A DNA stretch of 32,454 bases, taken from a virus. Taxonomy: Duplodnaviria > Caudoviricetes. Shown here piece by piece: positions 1-7,428 of the stretch. Every line of letters begins with the position of its first letter. The first letter of the stretch is position 1. The position numbers and the translations under genes are program-made. The notes under the pieces are model-generated. The model did no database searches. It saw only the letters and a list, made by a program, of their open reading frames with translations, and was not told where the DNA came from. The stretch lies in the IMG/VR virus record IMGVR_UViG_3300027798_000142, positions 1 through 32,454 of that record, one strand, 5' to 3'.

Positions 1-142
1 CCTTGGCGCGTGTGGGGGACAGATCACTGTCCACATAGCTCACCGCATCGGTCAGGTCTTGCGTGATGATCGCTTGCAGCTCTGCATCATCCATTGGCTC
101 GGTGGCTGCAATGTCGGTGGATAGGTTTTCAATATCGTTCAT
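1..142 (-). CDS. Portal protein, N-terminal part (runs off the window edge)
   Basis: Manual translation MNDIENLSTDIAATEPMDDAELQAIITQDLTDAVSYVDSDLSPTRAK resembles N-termini of P22-like portal proteins. ATG overlaps the upstream stop (ATGA at 139-142). Lies downstream of terL. Confidence 0.7.
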   Translation of the reverse strand, partial: MNDIENLSTDIAATEPMDDAELQAIITQDLTDAVSYVDSDLSPTRAK

Positions 143-654
143 TTCAATCCCCAAAAATATAGGTCTTTTGCACTAAGGCACTGGCCAAATTTGTATTGTT
201 TGAAGAAAGACTTGAAGTCATTGAAATCTTCTTCCTTCAAATTTTGGTAGTAATCGTTTGTAAATGGCGCGTCTACCGGTGATGCCCGACTCGTGCCATG
301 CTCTGGTCTGCCTATTGTGGCACAGGAGAAAATCACCAGACCACCATCCCGCGCCAAGTCAATCATCTTTTGGAATGTCTTTTCCCAGTGTTTATCATGC
401 TCAAAGCACTCACATGAGATCACCACATCAAACATTCCGTCTGGGTATAGCAGCTCATGGCCTCGGCACACAATGTCCACCCCTGGGCCTTCGCCCAAGT
501 CACAGCCAATGTATTTGTCTGGATTCTCAAAAAACTGCCTGACGCTGCCGTTGATGTTCAAAGAGCCAACTTCCAAGACCTTGGTCTGGCTGAAGTATTC
601 TGGGAATTGGTCTTTGACACTGGCCACAAAACTAAGTTGCTGCTGATGACTCAT
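139..654 (-). CDS. Class I SAM-dependent methyltransferase (Methyltransf_11-like, glycan/small-molecule type)
   Basis: VLEVGS (motif I), YIGCDL, FDVVISCECFEHD, L..GGLVIF motifs; AAGGA RBS upstream. Confidence 0.85.
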   Translation of the reverse strand: MSHQQQLSFVASVKDQFPEYFSQTKVLEVGSLNINGSVRQFFENPDKYIGCDLGEGPGVDIVCRGHELLYPDGMFDVVISCECFEHDKHWEKTFQKMIDLARDGGLVIFSCATIGRPEHGTSRASPVDAPFTNDYYQNLKEEDFNDFKSFFKQYKFGQCLSAKDLYFWGLK

Positions 655-686
655 GCAAAAATCCTTATATATGGCTTAGATCAATT

Positions 687-1295
687 TTAATTGTGAACAA
701 ACAGGATGTGCGGCAGTTTTACCACCAAAATATCTTGGTCATCTAGCAAGATATCTTCAAAATAACTCGCATCTCCAGCATAGCCTTTGTCTCGAAATCC
801 AACTTTTTTAGCTCTGTCTGTCTTCACAATTGCAGCGCTTATGTCAATTGAATTGCGCTTATAACTTGTTTCAAAGTAAGAATAAGGCGGCAAATCTCTA
901 CCGCCAGGCCGGTTGTGGGAATGCACCATGTCAAACAAAATGACATCAGGCTGCCCAGTGGCCACGTTCAAAATCTCTACTGCTCTTGGGATAAAGTAAT
1001 TATCCGCATTGGTCAGCAGCAAATAATCGCCCGTGGCCTGCTCAATCCCAATCTGCCTCAAAGAATGCCCGTAGTCGTTGAATCTAGATTCTGTACAAAA
1101 ATACTTGATTTTCTCTGGCATCTGTTTGGCCAGTGGCCGCATTGCCTGCTCAAACTCAGTGCTTGGCCCATCGTGAATGACTGTAAGTCGCCAGTTGTCT
1201 GCGCTCTGATTTATCCAAGACTGGACAAACACCCGCATTTCATTGGTGCGCTCATAGGCCACCGCAAATACATCAATCAAACCATGCCTTCGCAT
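687..1295 (-). CDS. Glycosyltransferase family 2 (GT-A fold)
   Basis: FAVAYER, SWINQS, LTVIHDGPS, GHSLRQIGIEQATGDYLLLTNADNYF (DxD-like), YAGD. Start is probably ATG 1295 or TTG 1280 rather than 1352. Confidence 0.85.
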   Translation of the reverse strand: MRRHGLIDVFAVAYERTNEMRVFVQSWINQSADNWRLTVIHDGPSTEFEQAMRPLAKQMPEKIKYFCTESRFNDYGHSLRQIGIEQATGDYLLLTNADNYFIPRAVEILNVATGQPDVILFDMVHSHNRPGGRDLPPYSYFETSYKRNSIDISAAIVKTDRAKKVGFRDKGYAGDASYFEDILLDDQDILVVKLPHILFVHN

Positions 1296-1965
1296 ATTCG
1301 GGTCGATTCTCTTTGAGCCATGGCATTGCATCCTCATGCAGCTGCTTGGCATTCATGCCAATGGTGTTGCTGCCAATGTGGTGAACATAGCTCGCACTCA
1401 CATAGTGGCCATAGCCTTTTTGGATTAAGTCCATACAATGCACATCGTCACTGTACCAATTCAGAGGGGGAAACTTTGCCTCTTCAAATGCGTCACTTGA
1501 TATCCATGCAAAGATTGGGCTGACCTCTTGGACCAATTTAATGTGGGCCTCAGACGGGAATTTGTAGAAGCTCAATCGCTCACCAGGCTGGCAAATGCGC
1601 ACATTCTGGCCAGACCTTGCCGCATCACTTCGAGCCGCCACCCACCCCGCTTTGTAGCTGTTCATGGTCCTGACAATGGCCACATCTTCCATCAGCACTT
1701 TCACGCTGGTGGGGGTCAGCACAATGTCGTCATTGGCCACAATGCATGATGACCAGTCCTTGAGCGCTGCCTCAATCACCTCGTTGTAGTCCTCGCCAAA
1801 GTTCCTTGGCTGGCCATAGATTTTGTAATCGGCATCAAAATGCTCAATGACAGACTCTGGGCCGCGCAGATAAACCGGACACTCTGGCGCGTATTGCCTG
1901 ATGGATTCCAGCAGCACGGCCAGACCATGGCCCTTGACAGTGGCAATGACAATCGGACAAATCAT
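1273..1965 (-). CDS. Glycosyltransferase (GT-A/GT2-like)
   Basis: IVIATV, NFGEDYN, CIVANDDIVL (DD motif), WYSDDVHC, YVHHIGS.T are typical GT2 motifs. Confidence 0.8.
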   Translation of the reverse strand: MICPIVIATVKGHGLAVLLESIRQYAPECPVYLRGPESVIEHFDADYKIYGQPRNFGEDYNEVIEAALKDWSSCIVANDDIVLTPTSVKVLMEDVAIVRTMNSYKAGWVAARSDAARSGQNVRICQPGERLSFYKFPSEAHIKLVQEVSPIFAWISSDAFEEAKFPPLNWYSDDVHCMDLIQKGYGHYVSASYVHHIGSNTIGMNAKQLHEDAMPWLKENRPEYAKAWFD

Positions 1966-2258
1966 TTCTTTGCCTTATTTCTTGCAGATATTGCAGCCGC
2001 CTTGGCCTTGGCATCGGCCTTGGAGCTTGCGCCCCACGCCTTCAAAGACAACAGCAGTCTGGTCGGCTCACCGCCCTTCATCTCAGGCCCAGGCATATTG
2101 CCCATGCGTGCCAAGAATGATGCACGCCTTGGGTTATCGCCAGACTTGACTGGCGCTTTCAAGTTCATGCCCTGCGCCTTCGCACTGGCCCGACCCTTGG
2201 CATTTAAGCCGCCAGAGGGTGACTTGCCCTCTTTACGCTGCCAGGCTGGTGTCTTCAT
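1962..2258 (-). CDS. Small basic phage protein (DUF6321-like)
   Basis: AWQRKEGKSPSGGLNAKGRAS...NLKAPV...RRASFLARM...LSLKAWG; very K/R/A-rich; coupled by ATGA overlaps. Confidence 0.7.
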   Translation of the reverse strand: MKTPAWQRKEGKSPSGGLNAKGRASAKAQGMNLKAPVKSGDNPRRASFLARMGNMPGPEMKGGEPTRLLLSLKAWGASSKADAKAKAAAISARNKAKK

Positions 2259-2488
2259 CTGAACCCCGCTGTTTTTTTGGCCACTGACTTGGGCTGCTTT
2301 ACAAATTGTTTCCCCGCAGCCTTGCCCATGCGTTTTGCGCGTGTTGTCGCAGCGTACTCGCTAGGGCTGAGACTTTTGATAGCAGCCTCTGGTAGATATC
2401 GCTCACCCGTGACAGAAGATTTTTTACCACTTTTGGTTCTCCAATTTTGATCGCCCCAGTTTTTAAGGGATTGCTGTGAAGCCTTCAT
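2255..2488 (-). CDS. Small basic protein, C-terminal half of a DUF5872-like protein
   Basis: MKASQQSLKNWGDQNWRTKSG...GERYLPEAAIKSLSPSEYAATTRAKR...GKQFVKQP; ATG 2488 overlaps the upstream TGA. Confidence 0.7.
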   Translation of the reverse strand: MKASQQSLKNWGDQNWRTKSGKKSSVTGERYLPEAAIKSLSPSEYAATTRAKRMGKAAGKQFVKQPKSVAKKTAGFR

Positions 2489-2670
2489 TTGTAGCCTCCA
2501 CCTTTTTCTTTGTAAGACTTGGCCAAGAGTTGTGCCTTCCTGGCTGACCACTGGCCTGCTGCCGTACCCTGCACCGCACGCCCCTTGATGGATTCAAACA
2601 AGGCTTTGCGCATGGTCGGCTTGGTGTAGTTACCAGCCGCGTTCACACTTGATTTAGCTTTGGCTTTCAT
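2485..2670 (-). CDS. Small basic protein, N-terminal half of a DUF5872-like protein
   Basis: MKAKAKSSVNAAGNYTKPTMRKALFESIK...GQWSARKAQLLAKSYKEKGGGYK; start at 2670 after a GGGAGA-like RBS. Confidence 0.7.
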   Translation of the reverse strand: MKAKAKSSVNAAGNYTKPTMRKALFESIKGRAVQGTAAGQWSARKAQLLAKSYKEKGGGYK

Positions 2671-3136
2671 CTTCTCCCTCTTCATAGTCCTCTTCACCCT
2701 CTTGCTCACCCGTATTGGGACCACCCACCACCCATGCATCGCAAGTGCGACTCGCTGCGCACTTGAAGTCAAAGATTTCGCAGTAACCCAGATCGGCCAA
2801 CTTGATCGTTCCCCATGGGTCGGCTTCCATGCCAATGCCTTGGGCAATGCACTCTTTGAGCTTGTCAGACACATTGAATGCCGCGCAGTTACCGCATAGG
2901 CTTTTCTTTGAGTCTTCAATGCTCACATCCCACTGGTCTGACTTCTTACGCCAAAAAGCCTCGTTTGGCAGTTTGGGATTCTCAGGACCATAGGCCGCGC
3001 TGGTGATCGCCTTGGCGCGGTTTTTTAGGTTGAGGGTAATGTCTTGCGTGGGCATGGGGCAGTTCTCGCCTGCGCTCATGTCCTCGCCCTCTTCTTTGTC
3101 CATGACCTGGTCCATGGTGCGTTTTAAAGTGGCCAT
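2654..3136 (-). CDS. Cys-rich metal-binding phage protein (HiPIP-like Cys spacing)
   Basis: CGNC...GYCEIFDFKCAASRTCDAW; acidic termini. Confidence 0.65.
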   Translation of the reverse strand: MATLKRTMDQVMDKEEGEDMSAGENCPMPTQDITLNLKNRAKAITSAAYGPENPKLPNEAFWRKKSDQWDVSIEDSKKSLCGNCAAFNVSDKLKECIAQGIGMEADPWGTIKLADLGYCEIFDFKCAASRTCDAWVVGGPNTGEQEGEEDYEEGEDESQS

Positions 3137-3324
3137 TATTTTTTCGCCTTGTTCTTTGCCGTGCGCTGACCGCGCATGGGCATCTTTGCCTCAGACATGG
3201 CAATGGCAATTGCCTGCTTGGGGTTCTTGACCACTGGCCCACCCTTGCCACTGTGCAGCTTGCCAGAGCCAAATTCGCCCATTACCTTGCCGACCTTCTT
3301 TTGCGCTTTACTCATTGCCTTCAT
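3136..3324 (-). CDS. Small basic protein (DUF6496-like)
   Basis: KAQKKVGKVMGEFGSGKLHSGKGGPVVKNPKQAIAIAMSEA; G-rich RBS before ATG 3324. Confidence 0.7.
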   Translation of the reverse strand: MKAMSKAQKKVGKVMGEFGSGKLHSGKGGPVVKNPKQAIAIAMSEAKMPMRGQRTAKNKAKK

Positions 3325-3356
3325 AGGTTTCCCCCATTGGTTTGTCAATACCCGAA

Positions 3357-4766
3357 TTATGCAACCCTGACTAGGTTTCTGCGCAGGGGCTGAGACCATT
3401 TTCCTGATCCACTTGACCCGTACATCCCTGCAATCGCGTCAGACGCAAACGTCAGGACAAAGGCATCGGCTTTGTCAGGGCTTGGCAGGCCCCGCCTCTT
3501 GATCTCGTCTTTCCCCTCAATGGCGATCTTGCCGTTGCTGGTAAATGAGTACCGCACTGTGGCCAGTTCAGCAATCAAGACCTCATCCTTTGGCATCTTG
3601 CAGTCCCGCGCTTCCAGCCACGCCCTTGCTTTGTACCAAAGCTCTGCTTTGAGATTCCTGTAAGTCCCACCCATCGCGGGTGATTCACTCACATTGATCC
3701 CTCTGGCCGGCAGGCCCAGCTCTCTGAGCCGGTCCACCACCCCAGCGCCAAGTCCAATGCTATCCACCAGAATCTCTTTCGGTTGCTGACTCGGTGGCAG
3801 CGCCTGATACTCGGCCACCACCGCGCCAGTCAATTGCATCAAGTCTAAATTTTTCCATGTCCGGATATTCTCTGTGACAGCATTACCTTGGCGCTTGCAG
3901 AGGGCCGATCTGTCCGAGCCAAACCTTGCCACATCCAAGCCCCAGAGCATGGGCGCGTAATCACTTGGCGCCACATCCCGATTCACCGCGCTCTCAAGTA
4001 GGTCCATGGCAATGACAGTGTCGTCATCCCCCTTGGGAAACTCACCAATCACCCTGATTCGGTAGACGTTGCTCTCTTCCCCATACCGCATGGCCATCTC
4101 TTTGACGTACTCGACACTGACCCGTGGCGAGTCAGTACACGCCACTTGAAACGTGGTCCACTCATCGGCCAGGCGCGTGTGGGTGTCGTAGAAAAACCCA
4201 CTGCTTCTCACCGGATTCCCCAAAAGCAGCGTCACCGCGTTATGCCCAGACATCGAGCCAGCCGCGGCCTCGAACACTTGCTCTGGCACACCAGAAGCCT
4301 CATCGGCCACCAACATCACGTTCTCTGAGTGAATCCCCTGCAAAGCCTCTGGCTGCTCTGCACGACTTGTCCTAGCCGAAATAAACATCTCAGTCGGTGC
4401 AGCATTGAATTCAATCCTCTCTTGCTTGACTGTCAACAATCCCTGCAAAGGCAAAGGCATCGCATTGATCCACCTCTTCAGCTCGGCAAACATCGCGTCA
4501 TAAAGCTGTGAGCTTGTCGGTGCAGTCACCACCACCTTGACGGGAGACCGCGTCATAAAGTACCAGAGCATGGCCCAGCTGCTTGCCGTACTCTTTCCCA
4601 CCCCGTGGCCACTTCTGACACTTATCTTCCTATCCCCACGGGCAATCGCCCCAAGAAACTTCACTTGCCATGGGTCAGGGTCAACCCCCAGCACCTCACG
4701 CACAAATAGCACGGGGTCCGGCTGATACCTCTCCACCCATAACGCAAACACATTCTCTTTACTCAT
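3357..4766 (-). CDS. terL: Terminase large subunit
   Basis: Walker A SGHGVGKS, Walker B LVADEASG, coupling motif LLGNP, RNase H-like nuclease GLDVARFGSD...VDSIG...SPDKADA. Confidence 0.95.
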   Translation of the reverse strand: MSKENVFALWVERYQPDPVLFVREVLGVDPDPWQVKFLGAIARGDRKISVRSGHGVGKSTASSWAMLWYFMTRSPVKVVVTAPTSSQLYDAMFAELKRWINAMPLPLQGLLTVKQERIEFNAAPTEMFISARTSRAEQPEALQGIHSENVMLVADEASGVPEQVFEAAAGSMSGHNAVTLLLGNPVRSSGFFYDTHTRLADEWTTFQVACTDSPRVSVEYVKEMAMRYGEESNVYRIRVIGEFPKGDDDTVIAMDLLESAVNRDVAPSDYAPMLWGLDVARFGSDRSALCKRQGNAVTENIRTWKNLDLMQLTGAVVAEYQALPPSQQPKEILVDSIGLGAGVVDRLRELGLPARGINVSESPAMGGTYRNLKAELWYKARAWLEARDCKMPKDEVLIAELATVRYSFTSNGKIAIEGKDEIKRRGLPSPDKADAFVLTFASDAIAGMYGSSGSGKWSQPLRRNLVRVA

Positions 4767-4966
4767 GGGTGAATGGTCTCATAGATGGCCCACGCCTTGG
4801 GACTCATCGCCCATCTGTGCGCATCTAGCTCATCAGTCCTGACCAAGATCAGCAAGTGATACGTCATCGCCAAATCAAACCGATCCTCATTGATCGCCTC
4901 CATCATCCGAATCTTTAGGTCCAGCAACATCACACTAAGATGCAGCGCTGTCAATAAATCAGTCAT
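4763..4966 (-). CDS. Hypothetical protein (67 aa)
   Basis: ATGA overlaps with both neighbours. Confidence 0.6.
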   Translation of the reverse strand: MTDLLTALHLSVMLLDLKIRMMEAINEDRFDLAMTYHLLILVRTDELDAHRWAMSPKAWAIYETIHP

Positions 4967-5160
4967 GTCATCCTCATCTGCTTTAAGTTCTTACTGGTCT
5001 CCCGATTGGTCCAGCATGATGCACAAATCCACCGAGCCTGACTCATCTGCACACCACCCTCTGGCGGCTTTTTCTCTTCGCACTTATTGCACAGCTGCAA
5101 TTTGTGCCCGTGGCAGTTGCCGTTCAATCTCACATGATTGTTTACAAAATTACTCTTCAT
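4963..5160 (-). CDS. Small zinc-finger-like protein
   Basis: CNKC...CASC; ATG 5160 overlaps the upstream stop. Confidence 0.6.
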   Translation of the reverse strand: MKSNFVNNHVRLNGNCHGHKLQLCNKCEEKKPPEGGVQMSQARWICASCWTNRETSKNLKQMRMT

Positions 5161-5378
5161 ACCCTTGCCGGACAAGTTCTGCCCTGGTTGCAGTTCCCAT
5201 GACATGGTGGACACTTCCTATCAATGAAATCATATTCATTGACCCATGTCCTTAGTGTTAGACCACAGGCCGGACCAGTGGGTGGTGTTTCTCTCTCTTC
5301 TGGTTTCATTGAATATCTGTATATTGCCCATGCAATAATCAATACATTGAGTATTAATATTGAGTAGATAATAATCAC
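5157..5378 (-). CDS. Small membrane-anchored protein with Cys-rich C-terminus
   Basis: Hydrophobic N-terminus IIIYSILILNVLIIAWAIY; CPPCHGNCNQGRTCPAR; GTGA overlap with the upstream gene. Confidence 0.6.
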   Translation of the reverse strand: MIIIYSILILNVLIIAWAIYRYSMKPEERETPPTGPACGLTLRTWVNEYDFIDRKCPPCHGNCNQGRTCPARV

Positions 5379-5536
5379 TGTATTCTCTGCACTTTATTAT
5401 GTGGGTGCGTTAACCACTTATCACCCAATATTCTTAATGCCTTAATATATTGACGCTGATTATGTCTGTTCGTGCTATTAGGCACATAATCGACATTAAA
5501 CAAATGTCTGACCTTAGTTAATAAACTGATGTTCAT
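5375..5536 (-). CDS. Hypothetical protein (53 aa, not in ORF track)
   Basis: MNISLLTKVRHLFNVDYVPNSTNRHNQRQYIKALRILGDKWLTHPHNKVQRIQ; 4-nt overlaps at both ends. Confidence 0.6.
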   Translation of the reverse strand: MNISLLTKVRHLFNVDYVPNSTNRHNQRQYIKALRILGDKWLTHPHNKVQRIQ

Positions 5537-5697
5537 ATTATCCCCACAATCTGGTTAATGTCGACCCATGTGTGCCAAACAATCGTACTGTCTGGCTTGC
5601 CCAAGGCACAGAAGACTTTACTGTCTTTAGTCTCATCAGTGTCTAAGACGATCCACTCCTGGTCATCAATTGTGACTGTTGCCTGCTTCGTTTTCAT
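5533..5697 (-). CDS. Hypothetical protein (54 aa, not in ORF track)
   Basis: MKTKQATVTIDDQEWIVLDTDETKDSKVFCALGKPDSTIVWHTWVDINQIVGII; stop overlaps the next ATG. Confidence 0.6.
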   Translation of the reverse strand: MKTKQATVTIDDQEWIVLDTDETKDSKVFCALGKPDSTIVWHTWVDINQIVGII

Positions 5698-5749
5698 AGG
5701 GTTTTAGGTTTAGTTGGTGGAGTTGACATTTTTGCACAATTTGCGTTAG

Positions 5750-5864
5750 TTGTTACTTTTTTAAAAAATTTTTTTTGTAGGTGTTTAGTGCCGCCACTGT
5801 CGCCCCCGCCAAGCCGGCCAAGGGGGGGGTCGCGGCCACCGACCGCCAGCCGACCACCACCGAC
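5750..5864. other. Putative genome terminus / pac-like region
   Basis: Non-coding, downstream of terS; T7-A6-T8 tract next to a GC-rich block with a G8 run (5822-5829) and short CCGACC repeats. Confidence 0.4.
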
Positions 5865-5965
5865 TTGTCCACGGATTTTGGCCAACCTTATCCACAGATT
5901 CCTGTGCATAAGTAGGTCTGTAATACTTTAATGCACTTAATTCTGTGGATAACGAGTTATCCACT
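5865..5965. promoter_or_regulatory. Cluster of DnaA boxes
   Basis: TTATCCACA 5888-5896; TGTGCATAA 5903-5911; TGTGGATAA 5944-5952; TTATCCACT 5957-5965; TTGTCCACG 5865-5873. Confidence 0.7.
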
Positions 5966-6012
5966 TAACATAATGGCCATTGTATAAAGTGACTGAATGC
6001 TTCGGTATTCGT

Positions 6013-6528
6013 TTATGCAGAATCGTCTAGTGACACGACAGATCGCTTGCGCAGTGCATCCAGCGCCATGCTTCCAAGGTCGATATTGACCAGGGGCTGC
6101 TGCTTGTCACCATACTCGTCTGGCGCCTGCTTAGAGGCCAGCCAGCGCCTTGTGTCCACCCGTAGCTTGGCCACTTGTGCGTCTTGAGGGCTTGCGCTGT
6201 CTGCAATTTCGAGGGTCTGCTCTGCTAAACTTCTCCCACCTCGCGTGCGTGCGCGTGCGAGGAGTTCTCCCCGCTTCGCATCTTTTTCGATCCATTTGTA
6301 GAAACCACCGATGCTGATGTCCAGAGACTTAATCACTGAATCGGTTGTTTTCCCTTGTGAGATATGGTCGAAGAGCATAGCCTCACCACCGAATGCGTGA
6401 ATTTTCTTATTGATTCCTGACATCTCTTTGCGCTCGATTGCAGCCTGGTCACGCAGTGTGAGCTGGCGCTCGACAATGTTGTCGGCAAGTTCACTCAATG
6501 TCTTTGCGCTCTTCTTTGGTTTTGCCAT
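6013..6528 (-). CDS. terS: Terminase small subunit (Sf6 gp1-like)
   Basis: HTH ISQGKT..SVIKSLDISIGGFYKW, then LARAR...LAEQTLEIAD...AKLRVDTRRWLASKQAPDEYGDK signature. Confidence 0.85.
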   Translation of the reverse strand: MAKPKKSAKTLSELADNIVERQLTLRDQAAIERKEMSGINKKIHAFGGEAMLFDHISQGKTTDSVIKSLDISIGGFYKWIEKDAKRGELLARARTRGGRSLAEQTLEIADSASPQDAQVAKLRVDTRRWLASKQAPDEYGDKQQPLVNIDLGSMALDALRKRSVVSLDDSA

Positions 6529-6889
6529 TCAGATAATCCTCGATTGTTTTGATTGCTTCGGCAGCTGATCTGGCGACCACTGCTCGATACCCTTTTGCAT
6601 TTAACTGCAAACCCAATGCGCTTTGCTTGTCCGACACCACACCGGCCTTGGTCTTCATTTCCACAAATAGCGCATGAAACCCGTTTTTAGGCTCTAGAAC
6701 GCAAAGGTCAGGCATCCCTGCCAATACCCCTTCAGAATGCAATCTGACGCGCTCTGAGGCCGTTCTATCGCCACCATTGGGTATTGCCGCAATGATGCAG
6801 TCCGGATAGAACGCTCGAAAGTATTGCACCACCTTGACCTGGTCAATGTGTTCAGTGTTTTTTCTTTTGCGTTTTACGTCAACCACCAT
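6491..6889 (-). CDS. VRR-NUC domain nuclease (Holliday-junction resolvase-like)
   Basis: EHIDQ, AIPNGG, GVLAGMPDL, LFVEMKT...Q; likely start ATG 6889 after GAGGA. Confidence 0.85.
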   Translation of the reverse strand: MVVDVKRKRKNTEHIDQVKVVQYFRAFYPDCIIAAIPNGGDRTASERVRLHSEGVLAGMPDLCVLEPKNGFHALFVEMKTKAGVVSDKQSALGLQLNAKGYRAVVARSAAEAIKTIEDYLNGKTKEERKDIE

Positions 6890-7218
6890 TCCTCGGATTC
6901 TACTGCCGAGGCTTTGGTCTGGAACATGTGGCATCGGTGCTTGATGTCGGTCGGGAATGCCGCAAGGCCGGTCTGGCCGCACTGGTGTTCGGACCATGTG
7001 ACAGTTGCCCATCCATTTTTCAGCTTGGCCTCTTGCAGCATCCAGTGCAGTGGCTTTGCGTTGACCTTCCTGTGCCTTTCCAGCTGCTCTGCTGGCATAG
7101 ACAGGCGCTGCTCTACGTTTACCGCTTTACTGCACTGATGGCAGAAAACGCGCTCATCTTCGACCAATTTGTCGGATTGTGCATAACCTGTGGATAACTG
7201 TTCAAACTGTTGGACCAT
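6874..7218 (-). CDS. Hypothetical Zn-binding protein
   Basis: RVFCHQC...HQC...HRCHMF; GGAGA RBS upstream. Confidence 0.6.
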   Translation of the reverse strand: MVQQFEQLSTGYAQSDKLVEDERVFCHQCSKAVNVEQRLSMPAEQLERHRKVNAKPLHWMLQEAKLKNGWATVTWSEHQCGQTGLAAFPTDIKHRCHMFQTKASAVESEEWWLT

Positions 7219-7428
7219 TGCTTTTCTCCAAAAAGGGTCAAAAGTAAACCGGTATGACCAAAGGAAATCTACCGCTTTACCGCTTTACTTTTCACTATCC
7301 CAAAACTGACCAGATTGGCCTGTGGATAAGTGGGTCTAAAGACCCCCACTTATACCAACAGACCTGCCTTTATCTAAACCGGTATACCGGTTTACTACCG
7401 GTTTACTACCGGTTTACCGGTTTACTTT
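7178..7428. repeat. Putative replication origin: ACCGGTTTACT iterons, palindromes and DnaA boxes
   Basis: ACCGGTTTACT at 7386, 7397, 7416 (partial at 7408); 20-bp palindrome TAAACCGGTATACCGGTTTA 7375-7394; 14-bp inverted repeat 7241-7254 / 7415-7428; hairpin 7326-7353; DnaA boxes at 7178, 7189, 7321. Confidence 0.7.

Noticed and set aside
5694-5909. 71-aa ORF across the GC-rich/AT-tract region
   Set aside because: Translation merely reflects DnaA boxes and homopolymer runs; no RBS; likely non-coding.
7376-7428. Short direct repeats as a possible mini-CRISPR array
   Set aside because: Repeats are 11 bp and abut without unique spacers; they fit iterons.
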